Origin: Minisyncoccota bacterium
Lineage (GTDB): Bacteria; Patescibacteriota; Minisyncoccia; Phycocordibacterales; CSBR16-193
Assembly: GCA_040905715.1 (NCBI GenBank)
Contig: JBBDRA010000003.1
Span: 459,142-523,141 of the forward strand
Reading direction: 5' to 3'
DNA length: 64,000 nucleotides
Part shown: positions 18,343-32,016 of the stretch, piece after piece
Layout of the letters: each line of letters opens with the position of its first letter
Position numbering within the stretch: the first letter of the stretch is position 1
Notes under the pieces: model-generated
Databases searched by the model: none
What the model was told of the DNA's origin: nothing
What the model saw: the letters and a program-made list of their open reading frames with translations, nothing else
Translations under genes and position numbers: made by a program

Positions 18343-18870
18343 ATGAAGATCACCGAAAAACTTCCTCAATTTGAGAACGAGACCGCGCTCCTTGTGGTTA
18401 CCGGCAAACAAGACGCGGTCTTTTATATTGCTCAAAACGGTGAAGTGAACGCGGTTGAATCATTCAAGGTAGACAAGCCAAAATACACCGACCTGCACGG
18501 CCACTTTGAAACACGCGCCCACGGCAAAGTAACTCGGGCCGGCTCACCGTATGAACCAACTGATCTCAGCGACGACGCAGTTCGTCAATTCCTCAAAGAA
18601 CTTGAGGAAGAACTAAAAAACGTCTCCCGCCACTACGCTCTTGATTCTCTCTACATTTTTTACCCGTCTCATATGAAAAACAGGATCAGCGAGGTCTTGC
18701 CTCCCAAACTTGCCCGCAAGCAACAGATCGCGATCGAAGGAAACTTTTATGAACACCACCCGTTCAAACTACTGGAACGAATACAGAAAAAGAACTCCTC
18801 TGGAGTGATCAAACCTATCACTGCTACCGCACAGAAGATCCTGAGCAAGATCAAAGGAACAAAAAAATAA
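18343..18870 (+). CDS. host-attachment / baeRF-like family protein
   Basis: LLVV...A.FY N-terminus and F.KEL.E.L...L.IF.P pattern. Confidence 0.6.
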   Translation: MKITEKLPQFENETALLVVTGKQDAVFYIAQNGEVNAVESFKVDKPKYTDLHGHFETRAHGKVTRAGSPYEPTDLSDDAVRQFLKELEEELKNVSRHYALDSLYIFYPSHMKNRISEVLPPKLARKQQIAIEGNFYEHHPFKLLERIQKKNSSGVIKPITATAQKILSKIKGTKK

Positions 18871-18985
18871 TTCTCTTGCTCGTCTCCCTGCTAACCCCCC
18901 TAATCTTCCAAAGCACAGCACGAACAGAACAAAAGCGCCACTGGCGCTTTTGTTCTGTTTACTTTGCCGACTACTTAAGCAAGCT

Positions 18986-19393
18986 CTAGCGTAACAATTC
19001 ATTTCCCTTCTCCTCATCGCTTTCCGGCTCATGGCCCTCCGGTGAGCTTCCGTACATGTTCTCTTGTGCAGCCTCCTGATCGCCAGCGTCCGGCAATTCG
19101 CTCATGTCTTCCGGCTGACCCGGGGTTTTATCGCGATCGACTAGTTTAAAATTCTCTTCTGGCGAGCCATCTATACCATTATCGTTATACTCGAAAGCAA
19201 GGTTGCCGCTTTCGAACTGATCAAAAAACTCCTCCCAGGTAATTCGGCGGTAGCCTGGATCACCGCTAAAATCAAAACGCAGCGTTCCGGAATTGTTCTC
19301 GGTTGTTGTACCGGATATAACCGCCGGCTCTCCACCATGCCCCTCGATCCACGAGCGGATCTCATCATGATCGGTTGTTGTTTTATATGCCAT
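18986..19393 (-). CDS. conserved hypothetical protein (TTTDHDEIRxW family)
   Basis: TTTDHDEIRSW..., LRFDF and ITWEEFF motifs. Confidence 0.7.
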   Translation of the reverse strand: MAYKTTTDHDEIRSWIEGHGGEPAVISGTTTENNSGTLRFDFSGDPGYRRITWEEFFDQFESGNLAFEYNDNGIDGSPEENFKLVDRDKTPGQPEDMSELPDAGDQEAAQENMYGSSPEGHEPESDEEKGNELLR

Positions 19394-19514
19394 TGCATCA
19401 GTATACCAAATCCAAAATTCTTGAAAAAGAACAAGGATTATGCAAAGCTATGTACCCAGTTGTCCTCGTTGCCCATACAACACTCATTCTGCCTACAACA
19501 ACTAAGGAGATACC

Positions 19515-19802
19515 GTGACAAACGCCACTGATGTACACATCGTAGAGGGATTTCAGGAAGTTTACAATGAACTCTGCGAGCTCGACAACGCCCGCATCAT
19601 TCCCCACCCCACGAGCAGGAACGTAACGTATGTTGGACTCAAGGCCGCAATTCAGACCATCGAGAGTGAGCGGCAAACAAATCTTCACATTATGACGGTG
19701 AACGGTGAACAATGGTTCAGTATCACCGGACTTAGCACGGAGGCAGTCATCAACATTCTGAAGAAGTACAATTTTGAGATCGAGGGACCGCGCGCTCTCT
19801 AA
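19515..19802 (+). CDS. hypothetical protein
   Basis: GTG after TAAGGAG; terminator-like hairpin at about 19823-19855. Confidence 0.6.
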   Translation: MTNATDVHIVEGFQEVYNELCELDNARIIPHPTSRNVTYVGLKAAIQTIESERQTNLHIMTVNGEQWFSITGLSTEAVINILKKYNFEIEGPRAL

Positions 19803-19881
19803 CACCTCATGAACATATTCACAGCCTCAACCGACGCATCGGTTGAGGCTTTTTTATTCTTTAGCGCTATTTTCCGGAACC

Positions 19882-20442
19882 TTATGCAGCAGGGCCATTC
19901 GGTTCTTCAGCCATCACCACCTTCTGCGGCATCTCTCTAACCTTCTTAAGTTGCTCGTTCAATTTCTCGCGAGCTTCAAAAGGATCACGTGCTCCCGCGA
20001 GAACAACCTCCCGCTCTTCGCCGGCGCTCTGCACGCGCAACTGGCCAAAATTAAACATGGTCGCTATAAAACCGGGAACTTCTGAGCTTATATCTTGAAT
20101 TCGATCGAATCGCAAACTAGCGATATCTCGGTGAAACAACCCATGTTGTTCAATATCAATAATGCGCTGTGGTGTCACAACCCATTCGTCAAGATAATAA
20201 TCCGTCCACAAAATAAAGGCGAGAACCCAAAGCAGAAGCAACCATATGCTGTACAGAAAAGATCCGAGAGCAATATGAGATAACTCGACAGCGATCGGCA
20301 GCTCAATATCAGCTGCAAGTAACCCGAGCAAAGCAGTCGGTGGCACAAGTGCCACCAGTGGCAGCGCCCATACTTTGGCAACATACACAAACCAATGTTT
20401 GCGAACCTCAAACAGAACGTGCTCTCCTTTTTCTAATATCAT
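19882..20442 (-). CDS. bacterial PH-domain membrane protein
   Basis: VRKHW, two TM helices, and VVT..RIIDIEQ.GLF.R...RIQD...FG.L.VQSAG. Confidence 0.8.
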   Translation of the reverse strand: MILEKGEHVLFEVRKHWFVYVAKVWALPLVALVPPTALLGLLAADIELPIAVELSHIALGSFLYSIWLLLLWVLAFILWTDYYLDEWVVTPQRIIDIEQHGLFHRDIASLRFDRIQDISSEVPGFIATMFNFGQLRVQSAGEEREVVLAGARDPFEAREKLNEQLKKVREMPQKVVMAEEPNGPAA

Positions 20443-20458
20443 ATTTGCAGGTAAAAAC

Positions 20459-20698
20459 TCATAACAAGAAATACAGAGTTAATGAAAGAAACGTCACACT
20501 AAGAATAATCGCCACACCGACGAAATAGATGAACTGGGCACGAACGATAACCGTTCTATTCACCCCATAGTACCGCCAATGGTAGTGAAGAATAAAACTT
20601 ACCGTGGCAATAAGCCCAAGAACAAGCCCGAACAATGCCCAGAGTCCGCCGGGAGATGTCGCGTATTCCGCGATCACACTGGTAAGATCAGATCCCAT
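20459..20698 (-). CDS. small membrane protein
   Basis: Two TM helices and an LxYHWxxYG motif. Confidence 0.65.
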   Translation of the reverse strand: MGSDLTSVIAEYATSPGGLWALFGLVLGLIATVSFILHYHWRYYGVNRTVIVRAQFIYFVGVAIILSVTFLSLTLYFLL

Positions 20699-20822
20699 TA
20701 TGTATATATTATATCGTACCAGGCACAGTTATGCGAGAGAGCTACCGTACTGCTATTACGATGCTTTTAAGCAAGATTCGATTGATACCACAGGAGGAAA
20801 CCACTAATAGTGTTGATAACCT

Positions 20823-20849
20823 TTGACACAGGGCTCGAATGTGTATAAT
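20823..20849 (+). promoter_or_regulatory. sigma70-like promoter of the ATPase operon
   Basis: TTGACA-15 nt-TATAAT with TGTG upstream of the -10; the spacer is short. Confidence 0.55.
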
Positions 20850-20976
20850 AGGGGCACCTCAGCAAAGAGAAGATCTTTGTACTGCAGTATCATTTTCGAG
20901 CCAAGGAGACGAGCAAAGAATTAATCCCTTAAAGCTTGTTCAAAGGCTCTTTACTACAGCGTTTTATTTTCATTTT

Positions 20977-22791
20977 ATGACAACAGACGACACCACAACA
21001 CAGACAAAATCAGAGCAAGGAGTGATCGAAAGCATCAGCGGTCTTTTGATCAAGGCGAGCGGTATGGGACAGGCAAAAATGTATGAAGTTGTCTTTGTTT
21101 CCGGCGAAAAACTCATGGGTGAGGTTATTGAGCTTAACGGTGACGTAGCCTCCATTCAGGTATACGAAGATACGTCCGGCCTCACGCCGGGCGATATTGT
21201 TACCCGAACCGGCGAGACCATGTCAGCGGAACTCGCTCCTGGGCTCCTCGAATCAATTTACGACGGTATCCAGCGCCCACTAAAACTTATCGAGGAAAAG
21301 TCTGACAGTTTTTACATTCAGCGCGGTGTTAAGGCCGACGGTATCGACCGAGAGAAAAAGTGGGATTTTCAAGCACTTGCAAAAACCGGTGACACGGTAG
21401 TGACCGGTGACATTCTCGGAACGGTTGAAGAAACCTCACTTATCACCCACAAGATCATGGTGCCACCAGAATGCGACGGTATCGTTGAATCTGTTAAAAG
21501 CGGCTCATACACGGTCACCGATACGGTTGCCGTTATCAAAACAAAGGACGGCACAACAAAGGAAATACAGATGCTTCAGCGTTGGCCGATCCGCACACCA
21601 CGCGGAAAAAAAGGTAAGCTTTTTCCGAACACCCCACTGGCGACCGGTATCCGATCCGTCGACAGCCTCTTCCCCATTGCCAAAGGAGGTGCCGGCGCTG
21701 TTCCTGGGCCGTTCGGATCCGGCAAGACCGTTATCCAGCAATCACTGGCCAAGTACTGTGACGCACAGGTTATCGTCTACATTGGATGCGGAGAGCGCGG
21801 TAACGAGATGACCGAAGTGCTCAATGAATTCCCTGAGCTTCTCGACCCGAACACCGGTGAACCGCTTATTAAGCGCACTGTTCTTATCGCCAACACATCG
21901 AACATGCCGGTAGCAGCTCGTGAAGCATCTATTTACACCGGCGTTACCATCGCTGAATACTATCGTGACATGGGATACTCCGTTGCGCTTATGGCCGATT
22001 CAACATCCCGTTGGGCGGAAGCAATGCGTGAGATCTCCGGACGCCTCGAAGAAATGCCGGGTGAAGAAGGATATCCGGCCTATCTTGCATCAAAAACCTC
22101 CGCTTTCTATGAGCGTGCGGGGTATGTTGAGTGCCTCGGCTCAGACGACCGCACCGGCGCACTTACTATCATTGGCGCCGTATCACCTCCGGGAGGAGAC
22201 CTCTCCGAGCCGGTCTCACAGGCAACACTTCGTGTTACCAAAACATTCTGGGGTCTCGACGCAGCACTTGCCTACAAGAAACACTTCCCGACCATTAACT
22301 GGCTCAACTCGTACAGTCTATATGTCGACAACTTCCGAGCTTTCTGGAAAGAAAATGTCGGAGAGGATTTCGAGCAGATCCGTGAAGATGTCATGACGCT
22401 TCTATCAGAAGAGGATCGTTTGAACGAGATCGTTCGTCTTGTCGGCATGGAGGCACTTGCTGACGGCGAAAAGATCATCCTTGAGATCGCTCGATCGATC
22501 CGGGAAGACTTCCTTTTCCAAAACGCTTTTGACGAATACGATGCATACACTCCACTACAAAAACAATACGAAATACTAAAATCAATAGTATCGGTATATC
22601 AAAATGCAAAAGACGCTTCGAGTGCTGAGGAATTTGAATTTGAATCATTCGCTCAACTTCCGGTCGTAAAAGAACTAGCCAATCTTAAAAATTATGACGT
22701 TGATAAACCTGAGTTATTTGAACAATTCCGTGAGCAAGCTGAACGAGAGATCCAAAACCTTATCAGCGTACCGGCTAACATAACCGCCTAA
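20977..22791 (+). CDS. ntpA: V/A-type ATP synthase subunit A
   Basis: GPFGSGKT, GCGERGNEM and MADSTSRWAEA motifs; start moved to ATG 20977. Confidence 0.95.
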   Translation: MTTDDTTTQTKSEQGVIESISGLLIKASGMGQAKMYEVVFVSGEKLMGEVIELNGDVASIQVYEDTSGLTPGDIVTRTGETMSAELAPGLLESIYDGIQRPLKLIEEKSDSFYIQRGVKADGIDREKKWDFQALAKTGDTVVTGDILGTVEETSLITHKIMVPPECDGIVESVKSGSYTVTDTVAVIKTKDGTTKEIQMLQRWPIRTPRGKKGKLFPNTPLATGIRSVDSLFPIAKGGAGAVPGPFGSGKTVIQQSLAKYCDAQVIVYIGCGERGNEMTEVLNEFPELLDPNTGEPLIKRTVLIANTSNMPVAAREASIYTGVTIAEYYRDMGYSVALMADSTSRWAEAMREISGRLEEMPGEEGYPAYLASKTSAFYERAGYVECLGSDDRTGALTIIGAVSPPGGDLSEPVSQATLRVTKTFWGLDAALAYKKHFPTINWLNSYSLYVDNFRAFWKENVGEDFEQIREDVMTLLSEEDRLNEIVRLVGMEALADGEKIILEIARSIREDFLFQNAFDEYDAYTPLQKQYEILKSIVSVYQNAKDASSAEEFEFESFAQLPVVKELANLKNYDVDKPELFEQFREQAEREIQNLISVPANITA

Positions 22792-22801
22792 CTAGAAATC
22801 T

Positions 22802-24208
22802 ATGCCGCAGCAACAACACAAAGAATACAAAACAGTAGATACCGTCGCCGGTCCGCTCATTACCGTTATCGATATCGAAGGTGTTTCATACGATGAACTG
22901 GTTGAGGTGCAGGTTCCGGGAGAAAGCAAAGTACGAAAAGGAAAAGTGCTGACTGCTTCACGAGATAAAGCTGTCGTTCAGCTATTCGAGCCAAACTACG
23001 GAATGCAGGTCGAAGATACGAAAGTACGCTTCACCGGCGAAGTAGCAACAATGGGTCTGTCTAAGTCAATGCTCGGCCGTACCTTCTCCGGAGGTGGCGA
23101 CGTTATTGATGACGGTCCGGCCATCATTCCGGAAACAAAGCGCCCGATCGAAGGGTCTCCTATCAATCCATGGAGCCGACAATTCCCGGACGACTTCATC
23201 CAGACCGGTATCTCCTCGATCGACGTAATGAACACACTTGTTCGTGGACAGAAGCTTCCGATCTTCTCCGCTTCCGGACTACCGCACGGCAAGCTTGCCG
23301 CTCAAATTGCTCGACAGGCGAAAGTGACTACGGGAGAGGACTTCGCTATTGTCTTCGGAACCATGGGTGTGACCTTTGAAGAAGCTGACTATTTCCGCCA
23401 AGAATTTGAAGAGACCGGCGCGATCGAGCGAAGTGTTCTTCTTCTGAACACAGCTGCCGACCCGGTAGTTGAGCGCATCTCAACTCCGCGCATCGCACTG
23501 ACCACTGCTGAGTATCTTGCCTTTGAGCACGGTATGCACGTACTGGTCATTTTAACCGACATGACAAACTACTGTGACGCGCTTCGTGAGGTATCCAGCG
23601 CCCGCAAAGAGATCCCGGGGCGACGTGGGTATCCGGGTTATATGTACACTGACCTTGCCGGTCTCTACGAGCGAGCAGGTCGAGTTAAAGGTAAAGAAGG
23701 TTCTATCACCCAGATACCGATCCTCTCGATGCCGGATGACGATAAGACTCATCCAATTCCCGACCTTACCGGCTACATTACTGAGGGACAATTCATTATC
23801 TCGCGGGAACTTAGTGCTAAAGGTATCTTCCCGCCGGTTGATGTGCAGGACTCGCTCTCACGACTCTGGTCAGCCGGTGTAGGTGAAGGTAAAACACGCG
23901 AAGAGCACAAGGATGTGAAGGACCAGCTATTTGCGTCCTACGCGACCGGACGTGAAGCACGCGAACTTGCCGTAGTGCTCGGTGAAAGTTCCCTCTCTGA
24001 AAGCGACCAAGCACATCTCAAGTTTGCCGAGGCGTTTGAAAAGGAATTTATTAACCAAGGCGAGTTTGAAGACCGAGACGTTGTCGACTCACTTGATCTA
24101 GGCTGGAAACTCTTAACGCTCGTCCCACGCGACTCACTCAAGCGCGTAAAACCGGATACCGTAGAAAAGTATCTCCCTAAAGAAAAATTTGAGATAAAAA
24201 GTTCATAG
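22802..24208 (+). CDS. ntpB: V/A-type ATP synthase subunit B
   Basis: [23 protein letters not shown] and [15 protein letters not shown] motifs. Confidence 0.95.
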   Translation: MPQQQHKEYKTVDTVAGPLITVIDIEGVSYDELVEVQVPGESKVRKGKVLTASRDKAVVQLFEPNYGMQVEDTKVRFTGEVATMGLSKSMLGRTFSGGGDVIDDGPAIIPETKRPIEGSPINPWSRQFPDDFIQTGISSIDVMNTLVRGQKLPIFSASGLPHGKLAAQIARQAKVTTGEDFAIVFGTMGVTFEEADYFRQEFEETGAIERSVLLLNTAADPVVERISTPRIALTTAEYLAFEHGMHVLVILTDMTNYCDALREVSSARKEIPGRRGYPGYMYTDLAGLYERAGRVKGKEGSITQIPILSMPDDDKTHPIPDLTGYITEGQFIISRELSAKGIFPPVDVQDSLSRLWSAGVGEGKTREEHKDVKDQLFASYATGREARELAVVLGESSLSESDQAHLKFAEAFEKEFINQGEFEDRDVVDSLDLGWKLLTLVPRDSLKRVKPDTVEKYLPKEKFEIKSS

Positions 24209-24222
24209 CACACCGCTAACCT

Positions 24223-24846
24223 ATGCTGAAAGTTAATCCCACACGTGTTAATCTCCTTGCCCTTAAGAAGCGGTTAAAAACCGCTAAAAAAGGTCATAAA
24301 CTTCTGAAAGACAAGCGCGACGGCCTTATCCAGAAGTTCATGCAGATCATCAAAGAAACACGTGAACTTCGCAGTCAGGTCGATCAAGAGCTCGGCGAGG
24401 CCTTGCACACCTACGTTCGTGGATCATCAATGATCAACAAAAAAGTTATCGATGTCGCTTTTATGGTCCCTGCAGCAAATGTCTCCCTGGAGGTCGCGAC
24501 CGAATCGGTCATGGCGGTACGTATCCCCCGTTTTTCTATCCAGAAGGAAGGTAACGGCTTTTCGTACGGATTTCTTGAGACAAATGGTGACATCGATACC
24601 GCTATCAACAAGATCGATACCATCTTCCCGAACCTGGTCAAGCTTGCGGAGTTAGAGAAAACAATAGAAAACTTAGCCGACGAGATCGAGAAGACCCGCC
24701 GACGCACAAATGCTCTTGAGAACGTTATGATCCCGAACCTGAATACCACGATCCGCTACATCAATAGCCGGCTTGAAGAACAGCAACGGGATGCCGTGAT
24801 CTCAAGCATGAAGATCAAGGAGATGATCATGGAACGTGGCGATTAG
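24223..24846 (+). CDS. ntpD: V/A-type ATP synthase subunit D
   Basis: NPTR..L...GHKLLKDKRD and EIEKTRRRTNALE motifs. Confidence 0.95.
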   Translation: MLKVNPTRVNLLALKKRLKTAKKGHKLLKDKRDGLIQKFMQIIKETRELRSQVDQELGEALHTYVRGSSMINKKVIDVAFMVPAANVSLEVATESVMAVRIPRFSIQKEGNGFSYGFLETNGDIDTAINKIDTIFPNLVKLAELEKTIENLADEIEKTRRRTNALENVMIPNLNTTIRYINSRLEEQQRDAVISSMKIKEMIMERGD

Positions 24847-24882
24847 CCAGAAGTATATTATGTAGTCAACTTTATTTCGATC

Positions 24883-25194
24883 ATGGAAACGATACAAACA
24901 ATTTTAAACACCGAGCAGGAAGCGAAACAGCTTCTTGAAAAGGCACGACACGAACGAGGCCAGAAACTTGAGCGAGCGCACGCAAAAGCCCGTGAGGAAC
25001 TAGAGAAATACCGCGAAGAACTTGCCCGAGAATATGATGACGCCCTTGCCACAGTAGAAAAAGAAGCGGAGACAACCAAGAAAAAGGTTCTTGAAGAACA
25101 AAAAAAAGAACAGGCAGCTATTGAAAACAAAGCTCGAGGCAATCACAGTAAAGCAATAAACCAACTTTTAGACACACTTGTACTGAGTAAATAA
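24883..25194 (+). CDS. V/A-type ATP synthase subunit G/H (peripheral stalk)
   Basis: Charged coiled coil positioned immediately before subunit I. Confidence 0.75.
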   Translation: METIQTILNTEQEAKQLLEKARHERGQKLERAHAKAREELEKYREELAREYDDALATVEKEAETTKKKVLEEQKKEQAAIENKARGNHSKAINQLLDTLVLSK

Positions 25195-25224
25195 ACCACA
25201 TTTACCTAGCTACCAACCACTCTT

Positions 25225-27712
<2,488 letters not shown>

Positions 27713-27797
27713 CAGCTTAGAGCCTATAGCTTGTAGTCGTTTACTCACAAAGCAAGTAAACACCATTTCCTATAAGCTATCAGCTATAACCTACACT

Positions 27798-28373
27798 ATG
27801 GCCTTAAACGACATTACTCAAAAAATTCTCGACGACGCGCGCACACACGTGACAGAAATAGAAAAAGAAACGATCGAAGAGGTCGCGGTGATTGAGAATG
27901 AAAATAAAAAAAGAAAAGACCAGATCAAACTCGAGCACGACAGTCGTGTGGAGCGCGAGGCAAAGCACCAGCGAAAGCAAGTCATCTCTCACTCAGAACA
28001 AGCTAAGAAGCGCGCGGTCGAAACAACGAAACGTCAGCATATTGACAGTGTTTTTGCTGATACTCACCAAAAGATGATCGACCTGGACGGCGAGAAGTAC
28101 CAAAAAATGATAACCTCTCTCCTCCAAGAACTACCGGAGAACGTGCAGGGAACACTACACGCACCGAGCACCCGAATGGCAGAAACCAAGGAGGCTCTCC
28201 AGTCGGCCGGAAAAGGTGACCTAGACATTGCCGAGGATTCGTCGCTCGACGGAGGCTTTCGTATCTCTGGTAAAACAGCAGATTATGACTATAGCTTTGC
28301 ACGCCTTATAGAGGACGCTCGAGATGCCCACGAGCTTACTATTGCATCAACGCTCTTCGGGGAAACGAACTAG
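27798..28373 (+). CDS. ntpE: V/A-type ATP synthase subunit E
   Basis: MAL.DI..KI..DA N-terminus, GGF...DYSF C-terminus, operon position. Confidence 0.85.
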   Translation: MALNDITQKILDDARTHVTEIEKETIEEVAVIENENKKRKDQIKLEHDSRVEREAKHQRKQVISHSEQAKKRAVETTKRQHIDSVFADTHQKMIDLDGEKYQKMITSLLQELPENVQGTLHAPSTRMAETKEALQSAGKGDLDIAEDSSLDGGFRISGKTADYDYSFARLIEDARDAHELTIASTLFGETN

Positions 28374-28388
28374 CGCACAAAAGATCCT

Positions 28389-29363
28389 ATGCAATCAAAA
28401 TACATCTACGCCGGGACCAGAGCAAAGACACTCGAACAAGAACTACTGACCGACACTCAGCGGGAAGTTTTGCTTGGAGCAAAAACAATGGATGAATTTT
28501 TTGCCGGTCTGCAGGATACATTTCTTGCTCCGTACCTTGCCCGCGAGTCAGGCGATCTGTCTACAGCACTGGAAGAGGCAGTAACAGACGCCAAGCAACT
28601 TCTTGAGCAGATCGCACCGGAGCCGGAGCTCCTGAATGTCCTCTGGCTTAAGTATGATTTCTATAACCTTAAAGCAGCCATCAAAGGCACGATCGCCGGT
28701 CTTTCCTACGATGAAATAAAAGAGAACTGTTATAAAACCGGCATATACGATGCTGACCGTCTGCTTCAGGCGTATCAAAGCGATCGTATCGGCGTGCTCG
28801 ATAGTCGACTCGGACGCGCCAATACTGAAGCACAGACATACAACCGCATTGCAGACATTGATCTTATCCTTAATCTTCACTATCTTATCTCAATACGAGA
28901 AGTTGCCTTCAAAACAGGCAATCTTTTTGTCCGCTCTTACATAATTCTGCTTATAGACCTTTTCAACCTTAAGGCTGCTCTTCGAACCAAAGCGTTCCAA
29001 AAAACACCGATCCGAGACATGTTCATCAATGGAGGCACCTTCCACAAACATGAATTAGAAGATGCAGAAACCGTGCTCGACCAGTTTCATCGGATCGGAG
29101 GACCGGCTATATGGAAAGACGCGATCGAGGAGTACCGCAAGAACGGCAGCTTCACCCAGATCGAGAAGATATCTGAGAACTACATAGCCGCCTGGCTTCG
29201 CGATCAAAGCTATGAGATATTTTCAGCTGCACCGCTTTTTGCGTATTTCACTGCAAGGAAGAACAACGTTCAGCAGATCCGCGCTATTCATGTAAGCAAG
29301 GCAGCTAACCTTCCTGAACACGACACTCGTGCCACCCTCCGTAATCTTTACTCTAGCCTGTAA
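28389..29363 (+). CDS. ntpC: V/A-type ATP synthase subunit C
   Basis: Y.YA..R...LE..LL, YDFYNLK and IDL.NLK motifs. Confidence 0.85.
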   Translation: MQSKYIYAGTRAKTLEQELLTDTQREVLLGAKTMDEFFAGLQDTFLAPYLARESGDLSTALEEAVTDAKQLLEQIAPEPELLNVLWLKYDFYNLKAAIKGTIAGLSYDEIKENCYKTGIYDADRLLQAYQSDRIGVLDSRLGRANTEAQTYNRIADIDLILNLHYLISIREVAFKTGNLFVRSYIILLIDLFNLKAALRTKAFQKTPIRDMFINGGTFHKHELEDAETVLDQFHRIGGPAIWKDAIEEYRKNGSFTQIEKISENYIAAWLRDQSYEIFSAAPLFAYFTARKNNVQQIRAIHVSKAANLPEHDTRATLRNLYSSL

Positions 29364-29364
29364 T

Positions 29365-29730
29365 ATGAGCACTCAATACAAAATAGCTGTTGTTGGCCCT
29401 CAAGATCTTGTTTCCGGTTTTCGCGCTCTTGGCGTAGACGTCTTTGACGCAGAAAAAGGAGAAACTGCACTTGAAGCGATCAAGAAGATCAAGCGCATGA
29501 CCTCCCGAGAGCAGACCGGAACCAATGACGAAGCGCGTTACGCTGCTGTTTTTGTGATCGACTCACTTGTTAACGATATTCCCGAAGACGAATACCTAAA
29601 AGCAACTGAAGGGGCGCTTCCTTCGGTAATAACTATTCCCGGCCTCAACGCCGACAAAGAAGCCGGCACTCGAAAACTCCGCCAGCTGACGGAAAAAGCA
29701 ATAGGTAGCGACATACTCTCAAACGACTAG
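29365..29730 (+). CDS. V/A-type ATP synthase subunit F
   Basis: YKIAVVG....GFRALG and EKAIGSDI motifs; start at ATG 29365. Confidence 0.88.
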   Translation: MSTQYKIAVVGPQDLVSGFRALGVDVFDAEKGETALEAIKKIKRMTSREQTGTNDEARYAAVFVIDSLVNDIPEDEYLKATEGALPSVITIPGLNADKEAGTRKLRQLTEKAIGSDILSND

Positions 29731-29823
29731 CCTTGCCAACACGAAGAATAAGTAAAATGCCTCTGAGCTTGCTCAGAGGCATTTTACACGTCTTCCTGCC
29801 GGCAGGCAGGCTCGGCTCGTAAA

Positions 29824-30576
29824 TCATACAAACTCTTCAAGTCCATACTTCCCCACTCTCTCTCGTCGGATCCAGAACGCACACGCACCACACTCTTTCT
29901 TCTTCCCCATTTCATGCGCCAGCGAGCGCATATACGTCCCACTCGAACAACTCACCACAAACCGCGATATGACAAATACATCTTCATATGACGTAGGGCC
30001 TTTGCGTCTAAGTACCTGCTCCCAAGCGAACCCGATCTCTTCTTGGCGGAAATCACCTTCGACAAGCGAGAGACGGTGTTGAACTACTCTCGAAAGCTCG
30101 TCTGCGCTCGTCGAGTGATCACCGCAGCGCTCAATACTGTGTATCGTCACCTGCTTACTCGGCACATCGACCTCGCCTATTCGTCCTTCTCTTGCCCACT
30201 GCCAAAGCTGTTTTCCTTCAACACTCTTCGAGGAATACGGTGGGTACGACTGGTCGAATATACCAACAAAGTCTTCGGTACTTACTTCCCTCGCCGTGCC
30301 CGGACCTCGAGCTGTCGGTAAGCCAAGCAGATCATAGGTATCAGTTTCAATTCCCCAGAGTACATCAAGTGTGTACGTTTTATCGAGTCCGGTAAACTCA
30401 TCCTTCCGATGAACATCTTCATCGGAAAGCGCGATCATTACCCCTTCGGCCATTGGATCAAGACGACCGGCGTAGGTCAAAGGATGATTTTGTGAGAGAC
30501 CTTCTTTTGCACGCAAACGCCCAAGCGACTGCAACGGAGTTTCTCCAAGCTTTTTATATATCTGAAAGACAGCCAT
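29824..30576 (-). CDS. truB: tRNA pseudouridine-55 synthase TruB-like (no PUA domain)
   Basis: AGRLDPMAEGV and CSSGTYMRSLA motifs. Confidence 0.85.
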   Translation of the reverse strand: MAVFQIYKKLGETPLQSLGRLRAKEGLSQNHPLTYAGRLDPMAEGVMIALSDEDVHRKDEFTGLDKTYTLDVLWGIETDTYDLLGLPTARGPGTAREVSTEDFVGIFDQSYPPYSSKSVEGKQLWQWAREGRIGEVDVPSKQVTIHSIERCGDHSTSADELSRVVQHRLSLVEGDFRQEEIGFAWEQVLRRKGPTSYEDVFVISRFVVSCSSGTYMRSLAHEMGKKKECGACAFWIRRERVGKYGLEEFV

Positions 30577-30618
30577 CGTGCTTCAAAAATAGCACAAACG
30601 TGGTAAAATCAAAGGACA

Positions 30619-31950
30619 ATGGCAGACCAGCAACCATCCATGGAACCCTACAAAGGCGTACGCGACTTCTATCCGGAGGACCAGTTCATTCAGCGCTATC
30701 TCTACGCGATCATGCGAGAAAGCGCTGAATCATTTGGCTACGAAGAATACGACGCGTCACTATTAGAGCCGGCGGAACTCTACGAGGCAAAAAGCTCTGA
30801 AGAAATAGTCAGCGAACAAACCTACACGTTTACTGATCGCGGCGAACGCAAAGTGACACTGCGGCCGGAAATGACCCCGACCGTCGCTCGCATGGTCGCC
30901 AAGCAACGCAAATCACTTTCGCTTCCTCTTCGCTGGTTCACTATCGCCAACCTCTTTCGTTATGAGCGACCACAGAAAGGTCGCCTACGTGAACACATTC
31001 AACTTAACGCTGATCTCTTTGGTCTTTCAAGCCAGGAAGCCGATATTGAGGTCATCGAGCTTGCTGCAACCACGCTTCTCAACGCCGGCGCGACCTCTGA
31101 CGACTTTGTTATCTCCATTTCAAGTCGCGGACTGTTGCAAGATCTCTATGAACTTTACGCCGTTGATAACGAGACACGACCTCAACTCACTCGGCTTCTA
31201 GATAAGAAAAACAAGATGAAAGAAGACGCCTTTAGAGAAGCTGTGAGTGAGCTGATCGGCGATAGAGCTGATGACTTTCTTACCACCATCAACTCTGCAG
31301 ACGCCACCATGAAAATGCTTGGCGACGATCACAAGGAACTTCAAGATCTTAAGGTGCTTGTAGAAAAGTTACACCAACGAGGTATTGATAACGTCGAGAT
31401 CCTGCCAACATTAGTCCGCGGTTTCGATTACTATACCGGCATGGTCTTTGAAGTGAATGATACCGATCCGGAAAATAATCGCTCAATGTTCGGTGGCGGA
31501 CGATACGACAACTTGCTCGCAACCTTTGGTGCTGAGCCAACTCCGGCTGTTGGCTTCGGTATGGGCGACGTTACACTTTACGAGTTTCTCAAGAGCCGTG
31601 ACCTCCTTCCTGCTTACCGCTCAAATGCTGACGTAGCACTGTGCCGAATAGACGATACGGACGCAAACGATATTGATGCACTCGCCAACCGTTTACGAAA
31701 CGAACAAGGTCTGCATGTGCGCGTAGACATAACCGGTAAGAAGATCGGCGATCAGATCAATAGCGCAGATAAAGCAGCAATTCCTTTCGTGATATGTGTG
31801 GGTCAAAAAGAACTCGAGAGCGGTCAGTACACCGTAAAGCATCTTTCCACCGGTAGAGAAAGCACCGTACCTGAAGATGAGATACTCGATATCATGGAAG
31901 AGTTGGCATCTACCGACGAAGAGACACCGGAATGGTCAAGCGAAATCTAG
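30619..31950 (+). CDS. hisS: histidine--tRNA ligase
   Basis: LRPEMT, FRYERPQKGR, RGFDYYTG and GGGRYD motifs. Confidence 0.96.
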   Translation: MADQQPSMEPYKGVRDFYPEDQFIQRYLYAIMRESAESFGYEEYDASLLEPAELYEAKSSEEIVSEQTYTFTDRGERKVTLRPEMTPTVARMVAKQRKSLSLPLRWFTIANLFRYERPQKGRLREHIQLNADLFGLSSQEADIEVIELAATTLLNAGATSDDFVISISSRGLLQDLYELYAVDNETRPQLTRLLDKKNKMKEDAFREAVSELIGDRADDFLTTINSADATMKMLGDDHKELQDLKVLVEKLHQRGIDNVEILPTLVRGFDYYTGMVFEVNDTDPENNRSMFGGGRYDNLLATFGAEPTPAVGFGMGDVTLYEFLKSRDLLPAYRSNADVALCRIDDTDANDIDALANRLRNEQGLHVRVDITGKKIGDQINSADKAAIPFVICVGQKELESGQYTVKHLSTGRESTVPEDEILDIMEELASTDEETPEWSSEI

Positions 31951-32016
31951 CTGTATGTAAATACGGTGAGCTTTGATAGAATAGTATTTAATTACTCTAA
32001 CATTTGAAGAAAATGT